Assembly (NCBI GenBank): GCA_001784175.1
Contig: MFPR01000004.1
Location: 186,001-250,000 of the forward strand
DNA from: Candidatus Lindowbacteria bacterium RIFCSPLOWO2_12_FULL_62_27
GTDB taxonomy: Bacteria > Lindowbacteria > 2-12-FULL-62-27
Length of the DNA stretch: 64,000 nucleotides
Direction: 5' to 3'
Part shown: piece by piece, positions 57,439 to 64,000 of the stretch
Layout: every line of letters begins with the position of its first letter
How positions within the stretch are numbered: the first letter of the stretch is position 1
Made by a program: the position numbers and the translations under genes
The notes under the pieces: generated by a model
Told to the model about the DNA's origin: nothing
Databases searched by the model: none
The model's input: the letters and a program-made list of their open reading frames with translations, nothing else

Positions 57439-58525
57439 AGAACTGACGGCGCTCCTCGGCGCCGCGCTGAATAAGAAAATCGGCGCGTGGGGGAACGCCG
57501 TGACCTATTCCCGAAAAGTGTTCATTCCGCTTACCAACCTGTGCCGGGACACCTGCGGGTACTGCGTTTTCGCCCAGCCGCCGGACTCGCCGGCGGCGCG
57601 GTACATGACGCCGGACGAAGTTCTGGCGGTGGCAGAGGCCGGCAAACGCGTGGGGTGCAAGGAGGCGCTGTTCAGCCTGGGCGAGAAACCCGAGCTTCGC
57701 CATCCCGAAGCCCGCGCGGCGCTTGCGCGGCTGGGCTACCGCCGGACCATCGATTACCTGCGGGACATGTGCGAGCGCGTGCTGAAGGAAACGGGCCTTC
57801 TGCCGCACGCCAATCCCGGGACCCTGACGGAGGACGACCTGCGGCTGCTTCAGCCGGTGACCGCCAGCATGGGCATGATGCTGGAGACCACGAGCCTGCG
57901 GCTTCTCGAGAAGGGCCAGGCCCATCATGCCTGCCCGGACAAACATCCGGACGCGCGACTGAGGACGCTGGCCAACGCGGGTCGGATCCATGCGCCGTTT
58001 ACGACCGGCCTACTCGTCGGCATCGGCGAGACGTGGGAGGATCGGGTAAATTCGTTGCAGGCGATCCATGACATTCACCGGCAATACGGGCACATTCAGG
58101 AAGTCATCATCCAGAATTTCCGCGCCAAGCCCGGCATCCGGATGGCCGGCCGGCCCGAGCCGGATCTCGAGGACATGCTGCGAACGCTGGCCACGGCGCG
58201 CCTGATGCTGGACCCCGAGATCAGTCTCCAAGCGCCGCCGAATCTTCAGCCGGAAAGTTACGCGCAGTACATATCCGCGGGCCTGAACGACTGGGGCGGA
58301 GTATCGCCGCTGACGCCGGACCACATCAATCCGGAAAAGGCCTGGCCGAAGATCGCGGAGCTGAAGGCTGCAACGGAATCGATGGGCGCGGTTCTGCGGG
58401 AGCGGCTGACGATTTATCCGCGTCCCCTGGCGGCCGCGGACCGATTTTTGTCGCCGGCCCTCCGAGAGCCTGTCGCGGCCCTTGCGGCCGAAGACGGCCT
58501 GGCGAAGGTCGAGTGTTTGTCATGA
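57431..58525 (+). CDS. cofG: FO synthase subunit 1
   Basis: TYSRKVFIPLTNLCRDTCGYC, GCKEALF, QAPPNL, DWGGVSP.T.DH.NPE. Confidence 0.93.
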   Translation: MDEELTALLGAALNKKIGAWGNAVTYSRKVFIPLTNLCRDTCGYCVFAQPPDSPAARYMTPDEVLAVAEAGKRVGCKEALFSLGEKPELRHPEARAALARLGYRRTIDYLRDMCERVLKETGLLPHANPGTLTEDDLRLLQPVTASMGMMLETTSLRLLEKGQAHHACPDKHPDARLRTLANAGRIHAPFTTGLLVGIGETWEDRVNSLQAIHDIHRQYGHIQEVIIQNFRAKPGIRMAGRPEPDLEDMLRTLATARLMLDPEISLQAPPNLQPESYAQYISAGLNDWGGVSPLTPDHINPEKAWPKIAELKAATESMGAVLRERLTIYPRPLAAADRFLSPALREPVAALAAEDGLAKVECLS

Positions 58526-59718
58526 GCGACCGAGAAATCGGGCGCATCCTTGACCGGACACTTTCCGGCAAGGAACTCACGCCCGGCGAGGCACTGCGGC
58601 TGTTTCAGGCCGAGGGGAAAGAACTCCGCGCGATCCTCCAGACGGCCGACGCCGTGCGGCGGGCGGCCGTCGGAGACACGGTGACGTTTGTGATCGTGCG
58701 GAACGTGAACTTCACCAACATCTGTTACACCGGCTGCAAATTTTGCGGGTTCGCGAAACGCAAAGGGGACCCGGAGGCGGAGTTTTTGTCGCTGGACGAA
58801 ATCGCGCGTCGCGTGGAGGAGGCGCAGGAGCGAGGCGCCACCGAAGTCTGCATTCAGGGCGGGCTCCATCCGAACATTGAAGGCACCTACTACGGGGACA
58901 TCCTGACCGCGATCAAGGACCGTGCGCCCGATATTCACATCCACGCCTTTTCTCCGTTTGAGATCAAGTACGGCGCCGGCCGAATGGGCGTTTCGACGCG
59001 GGACTTTCTCCTGTATCTCAAGGATTGCGGACTCGGCACGATTCCGGGAACCGCCGCGGAGATTCTGGATGTCGAAATCCGCCAGCAACTCACGCGCGAC
59101 AAGCTGACGGCGGCCGAATGGATCGACATCGTGAAAACCGCGCACCGCCTGGGGATCCGTTCGACCGCCACCATGATGTACGGACACATCGACCGGCCGG
59201 AACACTGGGTCGCGCACTTCAACATTTTGAGGGAAATCCAAAAAGAAACCGGCGGGTTCACGGAGTTCGTCCCGCTCGGATTCATCCACTGGGACGCGCC
59301 CCTTTACTTCGCGGGCGGCGCGCGGCCCGGCCCGACGCGGGACGAGAACCTGAAGGTGCATGCGATCGCGCGCCTGTTTTTCAACGGGTGGATCAACCAC
59401 ATCCAGGTTTCCTGGGTCAAACTCGGCCCGCGATTCGCGCAATACGTTCTGAAAAACGGCGGCGCCAACGATTTTGGCGGCACCCTGATGAACGAAAGCA
59501 TCTCGCGATCCGCAGGCGCGCCCTACGGCCAGGAGGTGACGCCGCTCGAAATGTGCCGGATGATCCGCGAGATCGGCCGAAGGCCGGCCCGGAGAAATAC
59601 GCTCTACCAGATCGCTGAGCCGTACGACGACCACGACCCGCCCGACATGGAGCCGCTGGTCCCGCGCACAGCGGAACAATCAAGCCTGTTTGCGGATTTC
59701 GCCCGACAGCCCGGCTAG
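58522..59718 (+). CDS. cofH: FO synthase subunit 2
   Basis: NFTNICYTGCKFC, ATEVCIQGG, PGTAAEIL, NDFGGTLMNESISR.AG; next to cofG. Confidence 0.92.
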   Translation: MSDREIGRILDRTLSGKELTPGEALRLFQAEGKELRAILQTADAVRRAAVGDTVTFVIVRNVNFTNICYTGCKFCGFAKRKGDPEAEFLSLDEIARRVEEAQERGATEVCIQGGLHPNIEGTYYGDILTAIKDRAPDIHIHAFSPFEIKYGAGRMGVSTRDFLLYLKDCGLGTIPGTAAEILDVEIRQQLTRDKLTAAEWIDIVKTAHRLGIRSTATMMYGHIDRPEHWVAHFNILREIQKETGGFTEFVPLGFIHWDAPLYFAGGARPGPTRDENLKVHAIARLFFNGWINHIQVSWVKLGPRFAQYVLKNGGANDFGGTLMNESISRSAGAPYGQEVTPLEMCRMIREIGRRPARRNTLYQIAEPYDDHDPPDMEPLVPRTAEQSSLFADFARQPG

Positions 59719-60368
59719 TCGCCGGTCCATATCTTCACGCCCGCGTGTTTGAGTTTGTATCGGATGTTCAGGCCGATGAGGACCGCGGTCATCGCTTCGA
59801 CCGCCCGCGCGCTCTGCGCGTCGCCGGCGTCGTAGGCCTTGACGCCGAGCTTCTCGAGCAGGCCGATCGTTTCGAGTTTCGCGTCCTTATCCGCGCCGCA
59901 GACGAGAATATCGCAGTGGATGGGGTGACTCAACTCGCCGAGGGACCCGGACGAGACGTTCTGCAGGGCCGCGACGACTTTGACGCCGTCCCCGAGGAAC
60001 GCGACCGCCTCCTCCGTGGCTGAGCCTTCCGGCGGCATGATCACGTGCCTCGGATTTTTCGGGTCGAGGGGAACGGTGACGTCCACCAGAATTTTTCCCG
60101 GCAGCGCGGGTTTAATGTCATTCAACGTGGATTTATGGGCCGAATAGGGCACGGTAAGGACGACGAGCCGTTCGGCGTCCCGGGCGGCGTCGAGGTTGGA
60201 TTTCCCCGCGATGGGATGTCCCTGATGTTGCCGGTTTAACTCTTCCGAAACACGCGCCGCCTTGGACTCATCGCGCGATCCGATCACCACATCCACTCCG
60301 GCCTGGGCCCAGCGCACCGCCAAGCCCGCGCCTTCCTTGCCTGTGCCCCCCACAATCGCGATTTTCAT
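59715..60368 (-). CDS. npdG: F420H2:NADP+ oxidoreductase
   Basis: GGTGKEG.GLA.RW, IGSR, NVS, LIGLN..YK. Confidence 0.92.
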   Translation of the reverse strand: MKIAIVGGTGKEGAGLAVRWAQAGVDVVIGSRDESKAARVSEELNRQHQGHPIAGKSNLDAARDAERLVVLTVPYSAHKSTLNDIKPALPGKILVDVTVPLDPKNPRHVIMPPEGSATEEAVAFLGDGVKVVAALQNVSSGSLGELSHPIHCDILVCGADKDAKLETIGLLEKLGVKAYDAGDAQSARAVEAMTAVLIGLNIRYKLKHAGVKIWTGD

Positions 60369-60383
60369 CGTCGCCTCCTCAGT

Positions 60384-61178
60384 TTATCGAAACAAGTCTT
60401 CGGCCGCCGGCCGGATCAAGTCCGCGGCCCGGCCCGGCGCGCCGTCGAACCGCCAGCCCCGGACCAGCGCCGCAGGGATCAGTTCTAGCTTGCCCATCAC
60501 CAGACCCGCAATAGCGGCGAGTTCGTCCGCGACCGCGATGCGGGTCACGGAGAGCGGATGCCCTGAATAATCCGCGCTGCCTCGAAGATCGACCAGCGCC
60601 GGACCGCCCGCGATTCCGATCGCCACGTTGACCAGCCCCATCCGCCACGGCCGGCCGAACGAATCGGTGATGATGACCGCAAGATCAACCCCCAGCGCCG
60701 CGCGGACCGCCGACCGGATCCGCTCCGCGCTCGCGTCCGGGTCCGCCGGCAGGCACAGGACCGTATCGGGGTCGGAGAGATTGGATTCGTCGACGCCGGC
60801 GTTGGCGCACACGAGGCCGTGCCGGGTTTCACAGATCAGAACGCCGATCCCCGTCGAGGCGGGCCGTTCGGCCTTGAGGACGCGCCGGCTCTCGCGCAAA
60901 ATCACTTCGACCTTGCGGGGATCCTTGCCGACCCGCTGCGCCAGCTCAACGGCGCGTTCGGACGGCGTCACCTCCGACAGCCGGACCAGCCGGCCTTCGG
61001 CTTTGGAAACGATCTTCTGCGTGACGAGGAGCACGTCCCCGGTTCCGGCGGCGAGTCCGGTGTTTTGAATCGCGCGAACAAGCATGCCCGCAAGGTCGTC
61101 TCCGGGCTGGACGAGGGGCAGTCCCTCCAAGCCGTGGATACGGATGTCCCGCGTCTTCAAGTCAGTTGAAGATTCCAT
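60384..61178 (-). CDS. cofE: F420-0:gamma-glutamyl ligase (no nitroreductase domain)
   Basis: QKIVSKAEGR, CANAGVDESN, DSFGRPWR, ADELAA. Confidence 0.93.
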   Translation of the reverse strand: MESSTDLKTRDIRIHGLEGLPLVQPGDDLAGMLVRAIQNTGLAAGTGDVLLVTQKIVSKAEGRLVRLSEVTPSERAVELAQRVGKDPRKVEVILRESRRVLKAERPASTGIGVLICETRHGLVCANAGVDESNLSDPDTVLCLPADPDASAERIRSAVRAALGVDLAVIITDSFGRPWRMGLVNVAIGIAGGPALVDLRGSADYSGHPLSVTRIAVADELAAIAGLVMGKLELIPAALVRGWRFDGAPGRAADLIRPAAEDLFR

Positions 61179-61828
61179 CCGGTGACCAGCCTGTAGGGCT
61201 CGCCTTCTTTGGGTTCTTCGATAAACGTCAGCAGGTCCTCCGGCGTGTCCAGGTCCAGAGCCATGCGCGGCAGCCGGATCACGCGGCAGGTCACGCCCCG
61301 CGCCCGGGCCTGGTTCAGATAGTCCGGAAAACTGCGCTTGCCGAACCGGAACTTCAGAGCGTCCGGCGGCGTCGTGAGGATGGCATTGGTTCCGTCGTCC
61401 CCCGTGGCCGGGCAGAGCAGGGCCGCGGGTGGTGTCAACGGCTCGTCCATGAGCTTCTCGATGTCCTCCGGCCGGACACACGGCAAGTCGGCGGGAATGA
61501 CGATCTGCCGGTCGAAGCCCATTTCGATCGACCAGCGGGCCGCGTCCTCGACGGCCGCCGTCTCTCCCCGCGCCGCGGTTTCCCGGAGCACCGTGACGGT
61601 TCGCTGAAACTCCGTGCCGGCCCTGCGCCGGACGCGGTCCTCGATCTCGCTTGAATCCGTCACGACGAGGACGTGCCGCGCGCCGGCGCCAACCGGCAAA
61701 ACGACGGAGAGCACATGATCAAACACCGCGATGGCCAGATCGCGGCGCCGGTCGGCGCTCAGGACATCGCTCAACCGCTGTTTAGCAGCGGATGGATTCT
61801 TGACGGGAATGACGATGTTTATGGCCAT
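61157..61828 (-). CDS. cofC: 2-phospho-L-lactate/PEP guanylyltransferase
   Basis: IPVK...AKQRL, ADLP, GTNA, FG..SF, DLDTPEDL. Confidence 0.92.
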   Translation of the reverse strand: MAINIVIPVKNPSAAKQRLSDVLSADRRRDLAIAVFDHVLSVVLPVGAGARHVLVVTDSSEIEDRVRRRAGTEFQRTVTVLRETAARGETAAVEDAARWSIEMGFDRQIVIPADLPCVRPEDIEKLMDEPLTPPAALLCPATGDDGTNAILTTPPDALKFRFGKRSFPDYLNQARARGVTCRVIRLPRMALDLDTPEDLLTFIEEPKEGEPYRLVTGWNLQLT

Positions 61829-62774
61829 GCATTCGCTCCGCAACCCGGAGCGCGGTCCGGGCCAGATTCATTTTTTGCTCCACCGACGACATGAGGGTGT
61901 CCGTGATTTCGGGTTCGATGCCCGCGTCCCGCACGGCGTCCTGCGCCGCTGCGTCGGTCCTGTCGAACACCAGGCCGTCGATCAATCTGCGGTAGAATTT
62001 CGCCACGCCCGGGACGCTGGACTCAAAGCCCAACGCCCGCATCATGCGGTCGCTCGGACCCTTGAGCGACCGGCCGCCGATGAGCGGACAGATCGCGATG
62101 CGGGGCGCGCGCAGGTCCGCCAGCGTCTCGCGCACGCCCGGGACCGACAGAATGGGCCCGATGCTGGCGACGGGATTGCTGGGCGCGATGAAGACCACAT
62201 CTGCCTCCCGCAACGCGACCAGAACCTCGCGCGCCGGCGCGCTGCGCTCCGCGCCCCGATAGGCGACGCCTAGAATTTCGGGCGCGCAGGCGCGCCTCAC
62301 GAAAAATTCCTGAAAGTGCATCCACCCCTCCGGCGTCGACACTTCGGTCCAGATCACATCGTCTGTCACCGGCAATATCCGCGTGCGGACGAAGAGATGC
62401 CGGCAGAGCCGTTCCGTGATCTCCGTGAGGGACCGCCCCTCCCGGCGGAGGGTGGTCCGGATCAGATGCGTGGCGAGGTCGCGGTCGCCGATCTGGAACC
62501 ATGCGGCCGTGCCCCACCGCCGAAGTTCCGCGAGCGCCTGGAAGGTGTCTCCGGCGATCCCCCATCCGCGCTCCGGGTCGGCGATTCCGGCGAGCGTGTA
62601 CATCATGGTGTCGAGGTCGGGGCTGATCCAAAGGCCATGCCGTTCGATGTCGTCCGCCGTATTGCCGATCACGGTCAGGTGCGCCGGATCGACCACGCGG
62701 GCCAGGCCATCGACAAATTTCGCGGCGCCGACGCCGCCGGCGAGAACGGTGAATCGGGCTTGATGAATCTCCAT
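61782..62774 (-). CDS. cofD: LPPG:FO 2-phospho-L-lactate transferase
   Basis: LAGGVGAAKF, ISPDLDT, GDRDLATH, HFQE, PSNP..SIGPIL. Confidence 0.95.
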   Translation of the reverse strand: MEIHQARFTVLAGGVGAAKFVDGLARVVDPAHLTVIGNTADDIERHGLWISPDLDTMMYTLAGIADPERGWGIAGDTFQALAELRRWGTAAWFQIGDRDLATHLIRTTLRREGRSLTEITERLCRHLFVRTRILPVTDDVIWTEVSTPEGWMHFQEFFVRRACAPEILGVAYRGAERSAPAREVLVALREADVVFIAPSNPVASIGPILSVPGVRETLADLRAPRIAICPLIGGRSLKGPSDRMMRALGFESSVPGVAKFYRRLIDGLVFDRTDAAAQDAVRDAGIEPEITDTLMSSVEQKMNLARTALRVAERMHGHKHRHSRQESIRC

Positions 62775-62789
62775 GGGCCGAGCGTATCT

Positions 62790-63359
62790 TTATTTTTTGT
62801 CCGTGAACACTTCCGCCGTGAAAATCCAGAATCGGGCGCCGGGAAGCCGCCATGCGTTGACGGGCAGGCCGGCTTTTTTGCAGAGCGCCGACAGCGTTTC
62901 CTCCCGGCCCCATTTCATGTCCGTGGCGACTTTCGGCAGAAACACGGCCTGACGGCTGTCCTTGGCAAGGAGGATACCGTGATCGCCGGGCAAGAACTCG
63001 TTCCAAGATGGGATTTCTTTCATCGGCGAGAGCACTGAGATTTCGATATCGATTTCGCCGCATTCCGATTCGCCGACCGGCGGGAACCGGTTGTCCTCGC
63101 AGGCGCTCGACCATGCGGCGTCGCGAACCGCCTCCCACAAGGGCGACTCCGGCTTGAGCGTGCCGACGCATCCGCGGAGCCGGCCGGCCAAGTGCAGCGT
63201 CACGAATGCGCCGCGCTTTTCGTCCAGGACCGGCGATCGATCGGCGGGCGGCGGCACGGAGTCGGGCGGCCGGCGGCGCGCGGCCGCCCGCATTGATGCC
63301 CGCGCCAGCGCCAGGAGGGCCGCGCGGCCGGCCGGGTCAATCCGATCTTCGGCGGTCAC
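62790..63359 (-). CDS. amrA: AmmeMemoRadiSam system protein A (AMMECR1)
   Basis: GAFVTL, LRGCVG, D.RF, EISVLS, FLP.VA. Confidence 0.92.
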   Translation of the reverse strand: MTAEDRIDPAGRAALLALARASMRAAARRRPPDSVPPPADRSPVLDEKRGAFVTLHLAGRLRGCVGTLKPESPLWEAVRDAAWSSACEDNRFPPVGESECGEIDIEISVLSPMKEIPSWNEFLPGDHGILLAKDSRQAVFLPKVATDMKWGREETLSALCKKAGLPVNAWRLPGARFWIFTAEVFTDKK

Positions 63360-64000
63360 GATTGAAAAAACGCCAGCGCAGCGTAGCTCACCATGTGATC
63401 GGTTTCGCCCGTCACCTCCGCGCTCTGGCTGTAATCAAGAAGTTCCGCCGTGGTCCCGTGCGGCAGCGTATCAAGGAGAACGGCGATCGGCATGATCCCG
63501 CAGATCGTGGCGCCCGTCGTGCGGCGATACGACAAAAGCCCCGCGGCATTCAGTGCGCGGATCCGCTTCACCGCGCCCTCGTCGATCTCGCGGACACCGG
63601 CCTGCACGTCAGGCCCGACCGGCGGGAGGTAATCGAAATCGGCGCCGTAGTGCACGAAATCCGAGCTTGCGACGAGGAGCGTCCGATCGTCGACGATGTC
63701 CCGCAGTCCGGCCGCGAGCCGCCGCCGGTCCGTGTCGGAGAGTTTTCCGAGAAGGAGGGGCACGATTTGAAAGGGTTTGAACGCGACCTGGAAAAACGGC
63801 AGAAGAATTTCGAGACAGTGTTCCTTCTCGTGGGGTCCGTCCGCGCACGAAACGCCGGACGCCATCAGCTTCGCGACAGCCGCCCGGTCCACGGGAACCC
63901 GGCCCAGCGGCGTTTCAAAGAAACTTGCGCCGGCCAGAACCGCGCCCTGAACGAACGCGCGGTGCGAAGGCCCCATGAGGATGATGCGAGACCATGCCGC
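63356..64000 (-). CDS. amrB: AmmeMemoRadiSam system protein B (MEMO1), start outside the window
   Basis: GPSH, TPLG, EHCLE..LPF, SSDFVHYG, TICG, VSYA. Confidence 0.9.
   Translation of the reverse strand, partial: AAWSRIILMGPSHRAFVQGAVLAGASFFETPLGRVPVDRAAVAKLMASGVSCADGPHEKEHCLEILLPFFQVAFKPFQIVPLLLGKLSDTDRRRLAAGLRDIVDDRTLLVASSDFVHYGADFDYLPPVGPDVQAGVREIDEGAVKRIRALNAAGLLSYRRTTGATICGIMPIAVLLDTLPHGTTAELLDYSQSAEVTGETDHMVSYAALAFFQS

Overview
GC-rich bacterial chromosomal window from an LPS-producing (lpxK, GT9) organism that I cannot place taxonomically. It has three parts. (1) 1-28.1 kb is housekeeping: Wzc/Wza-like export genes, smc, recR, phhB, tRNA-Asn, a standalone small RNA, leuB, asd, two tandem O-antigen-ligase-like genes, DinG, GH57, cobM, lpxK and trxA. 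(2) About 28.1-47.65 kb is an accessory island with no intact integrase or transposase. It is centred on a secreted, D-[S/T]-rich protein with a CFI-box-CTERM-like tail. To its left, toxin-antitoxin (TA)-like and nucleotidyltransferase modules are separated by 7-nt-periodic inverted repeats belonging to a four-helix-bundle (Avd-like) element. To its right, TA modules are separated by about 12 same-orientation remnants of the gene's own 3' end and terminator. The island also holds five loci of tiny membrane proteins and a 5'-truncated group II intron. (3) 47.7-64 kb is metabolic: a SpeE-like membrane protein, an aldolase, an ATP-grasp/FMN dehydrogenase fusion, an aminotransferase plus M20 peptidase, and a coenzyme F420 cluster (cofG, cofH, fno, cofE, cofC, cofD) next to AmmeMemoRadiSam A/B. 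Many genes look leaderless. All family assignments come from motif recognition by eye; no searches were run.
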